A stretch of DNA of 64,000 nt from Octopus sinensis (Eukaryota): positions 14,012,001 through 14,076,000 of the forward strand of contig NC_043021.1 of assembly GCF_006345805.1 (NCBI RefSeq), written 5' to 3'. Positions 51,063 through 63,990 of this stretch are shown here, piece by piece. The notes beneath the pieces are model-generated. The model saw nothing but the letters and a program-made list of their open reading frames with translations, made no database searches and was not told the origin of the DNA. The translations under genes and the position numbers were made by a program. Numbering within the stretch: the first letter of the stretch is position 1; each line of letters begins with the position of its first letter.

Positions 51063-51327
51063 TGAATTGAAAAGAGCGCAGTCATCATGCTTCTCAGAAA
51101 CCTGGATCAGCCAAGATTATGCAATGCCACATGTACAGCTGTGACTTAACTACATCATCATCATCATTTAGCGTCCGTTTTCCATGCTAGCATGTGTTGG
51201 ACGGTTTAACTGGGTCCTGTGAAGCCGGAAGGCTTCATCAGGCCCAGTCAGATTTGGCAGTGTTTCTACGGCTGGATGCCCTTCCTAACGCCAACCACTC
51301 CGTGAGTGTAGTGGGTGCTTTTTACAG

Positions 51328-51872
51328 CCTCACATTATCGAAGCAAAAATCCTCACTGGAAGTGGTAAAGAAGACATTGAATTTATACCTAGAATAACCA
51401 CTAATACTAACAAATGTCTCCTTTCGTTTCAAACGATGGCAATTCTCAGTGAGAGTCAGTCATGCATTGACCATTAACAAGTCCCAAGGTCAAACACTGC
51501 AGGTCGTTGGTCTCCGTCCAGAAGAGTGCTGTTTCTCACATGGTCGACTGTATGTAGGTTGTTCCAGAGTAAGAAACCCACAGAAACCCTTTCATATATG
51601 CTCCAAAGAAAAAAGTTAAAAACATTGTATATACTGAACTTCTGTAAATGTTTTATAATGTTCGTACAGTAATAATTTCTCTAATATTATCTACATTGCT
51701 TTCTGCATTTAGATATTCTAAATAAATTTGTAAAATTATGTTATACAATATTTAAATACTTTTTAACAACTTTTATAGTAAGGAAAATGGGCATTACAAT
51801 AGATGCCAATATGTGCCTTATGAATACATTTCAACACCATACAGACCGGGCTGAAAGCCAGGAGGCCTGCTA

Positions 51873-51873
<1 letters not shown>
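51328..51873 (+). mobile_element. Helitron 3' end with a PIF1 helicase C-terminus (frameshifted)
   Basis: HIIEAKILTG..FIPRI / FKRWQFSVRVSHALTINKSQGQTLQVVGL..FSHGRLYVGCSRV; ends ccgggctgaaagccagg..CTAG|T at 51870-51873. Confidence 0.88.
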
Positions 51874-51910
<37 letters not shown>

Positions 51911-52091
51911 CTCCAAGAAAGTTAGGGGTTGTGGGTCCAACTCACTAAGGGATAATATCTATCCAATATACTGTTGGTATAATACCCAATTATTAATACA
52001 CAAGTGTTTATTGCATTGCAATTAACTTACCTAGTGTATTAAATGGGTGAAGATAAGAACCAACTATTGTGTCCCTCCATTTTCTTATTTG

Positions 52092-52129
<38 letters not shown>

Positions 52130-52504
52130 TCACATATATACATAAAGAGAGTTTCTGAAATTGGATGTTCTCAAAAAGGCTTTGACATCTGATACAAAAC
52201 TACAAAACAAAACCAACTTCACATATAGATACTAAGAAACAGAATTCTCTAAATAGTTGACTAAAATAGAATTGTAAGACAAGACAATACAATGCATTTA
52301 TATTCAATTTTTTTTTTTTATCAAGCAACAAATAGTCATAAAATCTACCACAATACCTAAGACGTATGAAACAAGAAAAACAACTAACACTGCAGAAATA
52401 TTGTGCTTACACTAGCAGATAGGTACAGGCTTCACTGTGTGAGAAATAGGTTTGCTTTCCAACCACATGGTACTGGGTTCAATCACACTCCATGGTACTT
52501 TGAG

Positions 52505-52575
<71 letters not shown>

Positions 52576-52847
52576 TTAATAAGGGTGAGAGAATTAGATA
52601 CTAATTTATAGTATATCTATTCTACACCAAGTGGCCTAGTGCTCCGAGAAACCTGGATTATTATATATTTTATAATATATTATATATTTTTACAAAATAA
52701 ATATAAGAGAGTGGTCACTATATGGCTCACTCTAGCACCAGTTAATCCAAAAGGTTTCAACCACAAAAATACATGTTTCCCATGAAAGTCAGTACGATTG
52801 TTAGCTCACCGGACAGGGCAAATAAAAAATAACAAAACTACAGATTA

Positions 52848-52929
52848 TTTTGGGACAATTGTTTCGCTATTAATGAATTAAATGTAATTTTACTTACAAA
52901 AAAATCCACTTGTAGCTCCTCAGCCAAAA
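52848..52929 (-). ncRNA. Type-I hammerhead ribozyme, canonical
   Basis: TTTTGG-CTGAGGA-GCTA..TAGC-GAAAC-AATT-GTC^CCAAAA. Confidence 0.85.
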
Positions 52930-53757
52930 CTATCTGGATGAAATCCACTCAATCACACGCCAGATTTTACCATAACGATAAATACGCGTGTGGTTCAATT
53001 GATTACATCCGACGTTATAATTCAAATGCCCCAACTAACAGTGCGCCAAATTTTCACGGAAAACAAATACAGCATTTAGAAATAAATGCAGCATAATTAT
53101 AATTAATTAATAAGGGTGAGAGAATTAGATACTAATTTAATAGTATATCTATTCTACACCAAGTGGCCTAGTGCTCCGAGAAACCTGGATTATTATAATA
53201 TTTTATAATATATTATAATATTTTTACAAAATAAATATAAGAGATGGATTTTTTTGTAAGTAAAATTACATTTAATTCATTAATAGCGAAACAATTGTCC
53301 CAAAATAATCTGTAGTTTTGTTATTTTTTATTTGCCCTGTCCGGTGTGAGCTAACAATCGTACTGACTTTCATGGGAAACATGTATTTTTGTGGTTGAAA
53401 CCTTTTGATTAACTGGTGCTAGAGTGAGCCATATAGTGACCACTCTCTTATATTTATTTTGTAAAAATATTATAATATATTATAAAATATTATAATAATC
53501 CAGGTTTCTCGGAGCACTAGGCCACTTGGTGTAGAATAGATATACTATTAATTAGTATCTAATTCTCTCACCCTTATTAATTAATTATAATTATGCTGCA
53601 TTTATTTCTAATGCTGTATTTTGTTTTCCATGAAAATTTGGCGCACTGTTAGTTGGGGCATTTGAATTATAACGTCGGATGTAATCAATTGAACCACACG
53701 CGTATTTATCGTTATGGTAAAATCTGGCGTGTGATTGAGTGGATTTCATCCAGATAG

Positions 53758-53838
53758 TTTTGGCTGAGGAGCTACAAGTGGATTTTTTGTAAGTAAAATT
53801 ACATTTAATTCATTAATAGCGAAACAATTGTCCCAAAA
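53758..53838 (+). ncRNA. Type-I hammerhead ribozyme, canonical (inverted copy)
   Basis: Same motif as 52848-52929; predicted cut after C53832. Confidence 0.85.
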
Positions 53839-53986
53839 TAATCTGTAGTTTTGTTATTTTTTATTTGCCCTGTCCGTGTGAGCTAACAATCGTACTGACT
53901 TTCATGGGAACATGTATTTTTGTGGTTGAAACCTTTTGGATTAACTGGTGCTAGAGTGAGCCATATAGTGACCACTCTCTTATATT

Positions 53987-54025
<39 letters not shown>

Positions 54026-54084
54026 GTCCAATGAGAAGTAAAGACATACATATATATATATACGTACATATAGGTTTTGTTTTG

Positions 54085-54847
54085 TGGTTTGTATCAGATG
54101 TCAAAGCAATCAGAAAACCACTACTTTCAAAAACAAATATTGTAAAGCATTTAGAGTGGAGTAAAAACTTACAGAATTGGTCCCTAGAGCACTGGAAGAA
54201 TATTATTTTCTTGGGCGAGTCATCTTTTACCTTATTCCCGACCACTGGCCAAATATATGTGTGGAGACAGCCAAAAAAAGCATTTGACCCAGACTGCCTT
54301 CTTCCAACTGTTAAACATGGAGGAGGATCTGTAATGATCTGGAGGGGCTATATCTTGGAAGTCCACCGGCCCAATGGTTTCCTTTCATGGCAGAATTAAT
54401 AGTCAAGACTATTTAAATATTTTATCTAATCAAATTTATCCTATGGTTGCGGAACTGATTCCAGAGGGAAACGCAATCTTTCAGAATAATAAGGTACCAA
54501 TTCACACAGCTAAAGTTGTTACTGAATGGCACGAGGAACATTCTAGTGAAGCTGAACATCTTATCTGGCTACCACAGTCCCCAGATCTCAATATCATTGA
54601 ACATTTATGGTGCATTTTAGAAAAACAAGTAAGGAGTTCATATCCTCCAGCATCATAACTCCAAGAACTGGAGACTGTTTTAGCTGAAGAATGGACAAAA
54701 ATTCCTTTGGAAACAATTCAAACTTTGTACAAGTCCAAACCTCATAGAATCCAAACTATAATTACTGCCAAAGGCGGTCCCACCCTATATATTAAAATAA
54801 ATTTGTTTGAAATTTTAAGGTGTTTCCATTATTTTGTCCAACCCCTG
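54085..54847 (+). mobile_element. Tc1-family transposon 3' portion, degenerate DD34E transposase
   Basis: RKPLLS..WKNIIF..VKHGGGSVMIW / AIFQNNKVPIHTAK..WLPQSPDLNIIEHLW; right TIR ccattattttgtccaacccctg followed by TA. Confidence 0.9.
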
Positions 54848-55117
54848 TATATAGTATATTTAAATGTTGAGTAGAGCACTGGCACAGCTTAGGCTACCTG
54901 TTGTCATCCGCAGATGTGGCACACTTCCTTTGGATCTACTTCAGGAACTCCACAGTGGCAGTTAGGGTAATAATATCAATTAATAGCAGGGGATGGATTT
55001 CGTATTAGACTTTTATTAGGTGCAACAAATGTTTCAACCCATCAGTCTGGGTCTCTTCAGATACATTGATAAAGAAGTCTCACTAGAGATTTTTAGTGTC
55101 GGCTGGCTTGTTGTTAT

Positions 55118-55171
<54 letters not shown>

Positions 55172-55639
55172 ATATAATAATAATAATGATAATAATATGA
55201 GGGAATATTATTCCAAACTTATAGAGAAAAATTCAATTTAGAAATACTAAATCAAATTTCACAAAATATAATATATATATATAAATTAGAAAAAATCCAC
55301 CTTTTATCAATTCAATAATGAAAGATTAAATTATGCCATTTATATATATATATATGGGTATGTGGCCTAGTAGGGTGTGTCACTCACAACCACAATACCA
55401 TGGTTTTGATTCATGGACTGGCTAGTGTGTTGTGCTCTACGATCACTTTGACATCTGACATGTGGCTCACGATGCACCTGTGCAGGCAATCTTTGTTTGA
55501 TGGAGGGGAGTGAGCTATTGCATAGCACAAACAGTTGATGATCACTATAAACGAATCATTGGTGTACAAAGAAATTGTAGAAGCCCAGTCTGTGGTCTAT
55601 GAGAGGTGAGCCCACCATATTAGTATTTTTTTTTCTCTT

Positions 55640-55968
55640 TCTACTTGTTTCAGTCATTTTGACTGCGGCCATGCTGGAGCACCGCCTTTAATCAAGCAAC
55701 TCGACCTTGGAACTTATTCTTTGTAAGCCCAGTACTTATTCTATTGGTCTCTTTTGCCGAACCGCTAAGTGACGGGGACATAAACACACCAGCATTGGTT
55801 GTCAAGCAATGCTAGGGAGACAAACACAGACACACAAACATACACGCACATACATAAATATACATATATACGACGGGCTTCTTTCAGTTTCCGTCTACCA
55901 AACACACTCACAAGGCTTTGTTCGGCTCGAGGCTATAGTAGAAGACACTTGCCCAAGGTGCCACGCAG
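55640..55968 (-). mobile_element. SINE family A
   Basis: Reverse-complement copy. Confidence 0.8.
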
Positions 55969-56736
55969 TTGATATATTACTTCACATTGCGAATAATGCA
56001 AACAGTCTAAGGTACATTTGATTCAAGCTGACCTGAGGCCATACAATATAAACAACAACAACAACATCAACGTGGTTTTGCTCTTTGGTGGGATGATGAA
56101 TGAGCTGTGGGAATGTATCTGAGGTGTCACAGCAGGTACACACACACACACACACACACAATTTTGAAGTTCCACCTGTGGTGGTTGGGGTCAGATTAAG
56201 ATGCAAGAGAAATTCTGGAGTCACTGACCTCATCTTTTCTAAAGACAAACTCAATACCCTTGTTAAATATTTTGAGCAAGCCTTCAAATAGTCTTTGACT
56301 GTTCATATCTCTCCCTCTCTCTCTCCCCCTCTCTGTCTCTATCTCTCTATCTATATGTATATATATATATATATATGTATGTATGGTGCAGCCTTCGGGC
56401 TTCCCAGACCCCAGTTGAACCGTCCAACCCATGCTAGCATGGAAAGCGGACGTTAAACGATGATGATGATGATGATATATATATATATATGTATGTATAT
56501 ATATATAAAACTGTCTTTTATATGTAACTGTGCATAAAAACAAACATTGATATATACATGTGTGTGGGTGTCTCTTTATATTAATGCGTGTTTCCCCTGT
56601 CGTTTTAAAGCTTTCCCACCAATAACGAAAGAGCCAGTTTCTTATGGACACAGAACCAGGACTCTTTTGTTTGAGCCCACACCATACCAACTAGGCAGCC
56701 ATGCATGCATTTATGTATCTTTGTATGTGCGTATAC

Positions 56737-56772
<36 letters not shown>

Positions 56773-57189
56773 ATGTCATTATGTATATGAATCTGTTTCG
56801 ATGCCTGCATTTATGTATGTTTGTATATATATATGTGTGTGTGTGTGTGTGTATGTCTGTGTGTGTGTGTATGTCATTATGTATATGAATCTGTTTCGAT
56901 GTATGAATTTACGTGTGTGTCATTATATATATATGAATCTGTTTCGATGTATGTGTGTGTGTGTGTGTGTATACCCACACACACACACACACACACGCAT
57001 ACTAACAGCCACAATTGCTGCTGCTGCTGCTGCTGCTGCTGCTTACTATTAAACAGAAACAATTTGAAGGAAATGAAACACAAACACTATATGACTTTTT
57101 TAAGAAAAACATGTGAACTTAGAGAACTGATATTATCAAATATTAATTTTATTTATTTCAATTCCCTTTTATTTCAACATAACTAAATT

Positions 57190-57750
57190 CTCTTTTTAAA
57201 TCGATTAAAACTGTATACAGCTATGGTACGACCACACTTGGAATTCGCATCATCAGTTTGGAACCCCTATCTTGCTCAGAACATTGACCTCCTGGAATCT
57301 GTCCAGAGACGTGCAACCAAACGCATACCCTCCATCAGACACCTACCATATTCTGAGCGCCTTGTTTCCCTGGGCATGGATTCACTGAAGCTCCGGCGTC
57401 TGGCGACGGACTTGGTAAACACCCACAAAGTTATCAACCACCTCACCAACAACAACACTGAACACCTTTTGATCTCCATGTGTCTAACACACGTGGACAT
57501 GCCTACAAAGTCAGAAAACAACACAGCTCCCATGACTTTCGGAAACATTTTTTCACGCTCAGAGTTGCTGAAGCATGGAATAAACTGCCTGCGTCAGTTG
57601 TTGACTGCCATGACACTGCATCCTTTAAGGCCCTCATGCTTTCCGAAATCTGCCGAAACTACACCTGATTATATATACACTTTAGATGAGTTGTAGTGCA
57701 CCTGAGCACTGTACACAATTATTATATTATTATTATTATTATTATTATAA
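57190..57750 (+). mobile_element. CR1/L2-clade LINE 3' end
   Basis: LYTAMVRPHLEFASSVWNPY..LESVQRRATK..YSERL..L..RR..DL / TRGHAYK..RKHFFTLRV..WNKLP; (tta)n tail. Confidence 0.9.
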
Positions 57751-58365
57751 AATCAGTAGCTACTAAGATAAAAATGTAGATACAGCCTCACTTTTATCCA
57801 TGAAAAAAGTGCTTGAGAATTTTCTTTTTGCTTTTTCTTTTTAATATAACTTTACACACATGAAACTTAATATACTTTTGTATATATAGTAACCTGTCCA
57901 TGTCATCAAAAATGCTGACAGATTTATGAACCCTTTAGCATATAAACCAGCCATATCAGGCCAAAATGTTTTACCTGTTTTATGTTCAAACTGGACAGAT
58001 CCAGCCTCTTCACCTACCCTACAATGTCATACTCAAAATAGATAATCACAACATGGAAATCTTGAAGCCAGAAAATGATGCATTCTTTATTCTAAACAAC
58101 GAGAATCAACAAGTACTGCACTTGTAGAGTAATCTGAATGTTAAAGAGTTAATGATAGAAAATGGCATTATCAAAACAATGAGAGACGCCATTGATAAAT
58201 GTCTGCAATAGCTGGCTTGCCAACCACATGGTCCTGGGTTCAGTCCCATTGTGTGGCACCTTGGGCAAGTGTCTTCTACTATAGCCTTGGGTTGACCAAA
58301 GCCTTGTAAGTGGATTTGGTAGACGGAAACTGGAAGAAGTCTGTCGTATATGTATGTATATATAT

Positions 58366-58632
58366 AAGTTCAGCAAAAATTTAGATTCAAATGAATATGG
58401 TACTTAATTTAGATGCACCAGAATTCTGTATGGTGTTATCCATAAAAATCCGTGGGGTGATTATAATCAAAATAAGCAACAAGAATGACTCCGGTAATTT
58501 GGTACGATCGTTTCGTACTACATCATTTTATTAAATGTTGTAAGTATTACAACAGTTTCAAAATGCTGAGCACTCATCAGCCAATTATAGAGGTTTTCCA
58601 TTAATACAAAAATTTTCATATCAAGTGGCAAC
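58366..58632 (-). mobile_element. HHR-bearing element inserted at the internal TA tract of a family-A SINE (58205-58350)
   Basis: Nearly identical to 10936-11200. Confidence 0.85.
58495..58587 (-). ncRNA. Type-I hammerhead ribozyme, canonical
   Basis: TAATTGG-CTGATGA-GTGCT..AGTAC-GAAAC-GATC-GTA^CCAAATTA; stem III ACGATCGT is palindromic. Confidence 0.87.
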
Positions 58633-61600
58633 ATTATAGAGAAGGTATACATATAGACAAAGATGTGGATTTAAATTTTAAGAACATTTGAGGTAGTGGA
58701 GCACATCAACTAACCGACTAAGATTCGGTTGTTCCAGACTCCTGTAAGGTTCTGAGAAGGAAGAATAAGTGGACGGAGACAATAAAGATTTTCTAATTAT
58801 AGAAATGGGGTAAAGGGGGTTTCAGAGCTCCATATAAGGAATTAATGTAGAGGACAGCATTGTCACTACTAAATGCCAATTACTACTATTTGATGAACAG
58901 ATTCGGCGTTAGGAGAACTAGGTCAATGTCAAGTGGTCACAATAATATTCACAGAGAATGCAGAGACCTTACAAACCCTATTCACATCATAGTCATAGGT
59001 CAACCAACTGTTGTGATGATGTGCATAGGGTTTACGAAGGTTACTTGTTGGCAAGGTCACCAAGTAACTTGCAAGACAAAGATCCTTTGAGAGGGAAGGG
59101 GCTTTGAAGACAGTGGCCTTGCGCCAGGTGATAAGAGGTTAGAGTGTGACAGAGGGATAGAAACAGGTATCTTGCTGTAGACAAGATATGTGGTTACCCA
59201 ATCAGAGGGGATAATATGAGTATTGAATTCCTGGTTACATGATACTTATTACAAGTGCCCACATGGGATATATTTTGATTAATCCTTAGGGATCTGTGGC
59301 TATTCCTCACCACTGTTCACTCCATCCAACCACCAAAACATTATGTACTGCAGTTTTTGCCACATTATACACTATGGGCACATGGCTTAGTGGTTGAAAG
59401 TTTGATTCCCAGCAGTGTCGTGTGTTTTGGAGTGACACTTTATTTCATGTTGTTCCAGTCCAACAAGATGGCAAAAATGAGTAGTACCTGTAGCTCAAAG
59501 GGCCAATCTTGTCACATTCTGTATCATGCTGAATCTCCTTAAGAACTACATTAAGGGTATGCATGTTTGTAGAGTGCTCAACTACTTGCACGTTAATTTC
59601 GCGAGCAGGCTGTTCCATTGATTGTTGTAACCAATGGAGTGCCCACCTATACACAGCATCTCAGCAAGCTACCATTCATGAGTGGTATGAAGTGCCATGC
59701 TTTCAGGAATCGTTTTAGGTGTTTACATAGTTGCAAGCAGACATAGGCACTCTCTTGCCCCCTTCATTCTTGATCTAATGGATCGACCCAAGATATAGCA
59801 CCGAGAGAGAGAGAAAGAATTGCAGCAGTATTTGGTTAGTACTTAATTACAGCTGAATAAATTGGAGCAATGTGAAAATTAAATGCCTTGCTCAAGGACA
59901 AAATACACCACCTCTAGGAATTGAACTTGTGTCTTTATGATCATCTGTAAACCACTCTAACCACTAGGCCTCATGCTTTCACTGTCACATTATATGTTTA
60001 CATGATATGCTCATTTGTATGTTTGCTAACAACTTGAACAGCAACTTCGTTATCTCAAACAGCAATAAAGACAGCAAGTCCAAATTTGTTTTATTTTTAT
60101 CAATGATTAATTACTAAATAAAATTAAGCATTGTTCTATTTTATTTCATTTAATTCATTTTATTTTTCATTTTTATAATTTTTTTTTTTTTTGTTCTAAG
60201 CAAGTTATCTGGATATTAAGTACAGAGTCCTCTTCCTTGTTTAATCAATGTCACATGCCCAAAAGAGAAGTTAGACGAGTGAGTGATATGCAGAGAGCTA
60301 AATGCAATGGAAACATTTCCATGACAGGATTCCTTCCTTCCTTTGTTCCCTCCCTCCCACCTTCCCTTCCTTTCTTTGTTTCTTCCTTTCTTTGTTTCTT
60401 CCTTTCTTTCTCTCTTCCCTTCTTTATCTTCCTCCCTTCCTCTCTTTCTCTCTCTCTCTCTTAATTATATTCTTCATTAAATGTGGGACAGTTTAATATT
60501 GTTCACACATCAGTTTGACATATAAAATAATTCTTTATGATTTAGCCAGCCTAGCGTCTTCAGGCCCCCACCTCATTTGTCAGTTGCACACACACATGCA
60601 CACACACACACACACATGCACACATGCACGCAAAGACACACAGATGCAAGCCTGGCTGTATTTTTCAGAAGCTTGCTCCTCAACCATTTTGTCTTGAGTT
60701 CTTTCTCACAGCACGACACCTTGGGCAAGTGTCTTTCACTATAGTCCTGGACCAACAAAAGATTTGTGAGTTGCTTTGGTAGATAGAATCTGAAAGAAGT
60801 TCATTTCATACACATACACACATATCAGTTTTATTTAATGACCATTTTTCCATGCTTGTATGGGTCAGATGGAATTTTTCAAGGCAAATTTTCTATGACT
60901 AGATGCCCTTCCTGTTGCCAACCCTCACCCATTTCCAAGGAAGGTAATATTTCCCTATGGCCAGACATGTTTTCACAGGAGACTGGAAACAAACAACCTC
61001 ACTTGTGTGATGGTGATGCTCATTTACAAGACGAGGGTACACACACACACATATTACAGTGATCTTCCTTCAGTTTCTATCTATGAAATACATTCACAAA
61101 ATTTTGATCAACCCAGAGCTATAGTGGAAGACTGACCTGCCCAAGGAGTTTTGCAATGGTGGGATTGAACCTGAAAACACATGGTTGGGAAACAGATTTC
61201 TAACCACAAAGTCATGCCTACACACACACATGTGCACACACACACACACACACACTAGTGGGACCCATGGAAATTCCAAGGAATGGAAAAAATTAAGAGG
61301 ACCTATTCTAGTAAGAAAGGCTGATTTGCATTTTTATAGCCTTCATAGTTTTGCTATCTTTGGCTTTCTTTAAAGATTCTTGATGTTCATCTACATTCAT
61401 TTCCTCTCATCTCTGTCGGTGTTGTCTTTTACCTCTTTTTACTATATTTTCTTGCTGTTCCTCTCTGATCCATGCTCTATATCTGAGCATCCTTTCTCAG
61501 GCAGCTTGCAATTGTGTTTCTTGTGATAACCAAATACCAATTTTTTTAACCCTTTCATTACTGTATTTCTTTTGAGATGCTAGTAAAATAACATCGTTAT

Positions 61601-62239
61601 CATTGAGCTAGTGTTAGGAACATAAATTGTGACTAAGATTTGGTGGAAAATTTGAATTTAAAACTTATGAAAACCAGACATTAATACTAAAGAACTAGAG
61701 CCGGTTTCAGCCGGGTTGGTAGCGAAAGGGTTAGGGTTAGGGTCAATAAATAATCAGTCGATAAATAATTGCACTTATGCATTAAGCATTGGTTGCTATA
61801 AAATGAAAATACTTTTCATAATCAACACACGACCACCACTACCACTATGGCTATCCATGTCTCTCTCAATACAACTGTCTTTCCTGTCCATCTCTCTCTA
61901 TCTACCTTTCCCTTCAGCTAACTTTTTGACCTTGTTTCCCATCACCACACATCATTAACACTTCTCTCTCCCTCTTTTTTCTTGTCATCTTTTTCTCTTG
62001 TTCTTTACCTCTACCTTCAGCTGACCACGTGACCATTTGGCCAAGTGTATTAATATTAATTACCTTTCTCTAATTTTTCCTCCTCTCTCTCTCTCTTTCT
62101 CTCTCTCTCTACACTTCTCTCTCACTCCACCTCTCTCTCACTCCACCTCTCTCTCACTTCACCTCTCTACTAACCAATGTATAACAGGCAAATGAACAAG
62201 CAGATTATATATATATATATAAAGTACTGGTATGACTCA

Positions 62240-62490
62240 GTGGCAGTGTAGTAAGAAGCTGGCTTACCAACCACATGGTTCCGGGTTCAGTCCCACTGTG
62301 TGGCACTTTGAGCAAGTGTCTTCTGCTATAACCTCAGGCTGACCAAAGCCTTGTGAGTGGATTTGATAAATGGAAACTGAAAGAAGTCCATCATATATGT
62401 ATGTATATTTGTGTGTCTTTGCATCTATGTTTGTATCCCGCCTCCATCACTTGACAACTGATGTTGGTGTGTTTATTTATGTCCCCGTAA
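62240..62490 (+). mobile_element. SINE family A, 3'-truncated
   Basis: Head and body are present. Confidence 0.75.
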
Positions 62491-63032
62491 CTTACTTTGG
62501 CTAAGTTATGGGGATGCTTTATCAAGCAGTGGTGGGGGACAAACACAGACACATGCATACATACATACATACAGTTTTAGATATGGAAAAAATAAATGAA
62601 AGTTTATTCACTCACGATGTAAAAAAATAAGATCATAGGAAAGAATTTCATTAGATAACAAACTTTTGTCCTGAGCCACAGTTCAACGAATAAAGAATTA
62701 ATTTATGTATCAGATTCGCATTGAAAATACATTAACTACACTATGGCTTAAATAGAAATGTAATTAACAGACAGCAAACAAAAAAAAAAAGTAATAATAA
62801 TAATGATGATAATGGGAAAAGTGTATAAAACCAGGCCAATAACTGAATTCCAACCAGTGCAAGGATGGGCTGAATGGTTAAGAAGCTTGCATTGCTATCA
62901 CATGATTTCACATGATTTGTGATTCAGTCCTACCGTGTGGGGTTAAGGGTTGTCTACTTTAGCTCCTGGTTAACCAGTGCCCTATGCAGAAACTTGTTAG
63001 TTGGAAACTGCAGAAGGTCTGTTGTGTGTGCG

Positions 63033-63079
<47 letters not shown>

Positions 63080-63090
63080 GTGTGTGTGTG

Positions 63091-63306
63091 TACAAGGGGG
63101 TGATGAAAAGTTCCTGGCTTTAGGAGTATTGTGAAAGACCTGGTTGGAGGCCCAACCTTCTGAGTTCCTTTACAGGGCTTAGAAAGACTGAAGGACCACT
63201 GCAATAAGAGTGTGAATCTGAGAGGGGAATATTTTGAATAAAATCATAATTAACTGACCCTGCTGTATTTTTTACCCAAAGCCAGGAACTTTTCAGCAAA
63301 CTCGCA
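63091..63306 (+). mobile_element. Mariner-type MITE
   Basis: TIRs tacaagggggtgatgaaaagttcctggct / agccaggaacttttcagcaaactcgca. Confidence 0.75.
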
Positions 63307-63764
63307 TGGGTGTGTGTGTATATATATATATCATAACAGTGATCTTGAACAAAACACTTAATTTCATGTTACCCTGCAATTATTTTGATGTCTGACACAT
63401 GGTACACTGTGCACCCATGCAGATATTATCGGTTCAATGGAGGAAGTGAGTTAATGTACGGCACAAAAATTTGATCACTTATAAACGAATCATCCTCTGA
63501 GCAGGTTGTTCAGCGAGCAATTACAGAACTCTCATCTACAACAGGAGAGTCCCCCCACCTCCCCTCTCTCCTCGCATGAGGCAGCCATGTTTCCCCTCTA
63601 ATGCAAAATTCTTTTTTTTCTGCTCCTTGATACCACCCCCCCCCCACCTCAGTTGAGGGGGCTTGTCTTACAAGTTACTTGGCGACCTCACTGCTGCTGG
63701 TGTCACATAAAATGCACCCAGGACACACTGTAAAGTGGTTGGTATTAGGAAGGCAGAAACGAGC

Positions 63765-63990
63765 TGGCAAAAACGTCAGCACGCCGGGCGAAATGCTTAC
63801 TGGTATTTTGTCTGTCTTTACGTTCTGAGTTCAAATTTTGCCAAGGTCGACTTTGCCTTTCATCCTTTTGGGGTCGATAAATTAAGTACCAGTTACGCAC
63901 TGGGGTCGATGTAATCGACTTAATACCTATGTCTGTCCTTGTTTGTTCCCTCTATGTTTAGCCTCTTGTGGGTAATAAAGAAATAGGTAT
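63765..63990 (+). mobile_element. SINE family C
   Basis: Homologous to the 28650 copy. Confidence 0.75.

Larger units (their letters stand above)
52571..53990. mobile_element. Fold-back array of a 531-bp HHR-bearing unit (Penelope pLTR/retrozyme-like)
   Basis: Forward ~1.3 units (52571-53243), then ~1.4 inverted units (53244-53990); (TA)n on both ends. Confidence 0.88.

Noticed and set aside
53357-53390. atcgtaCTGACTTtcatggGAAACatgta, a possible second HHR in the 531-bp unit
   Set aside because: G8/A9 are missing and stems I and II do not pair.
56100-56291. Short non-repetitive ORF (NFEVPPVVVGVRL..)
   Set aside because: No recognisable domain, and it is interrupted by a CA repeat.
61724-61742. 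gggttagggttaggg, telomere-like (also ~9831)
   Set aside because: Only two or three units; more likely the end of a TTAACCCT-type MITE than an interstitial telomere.
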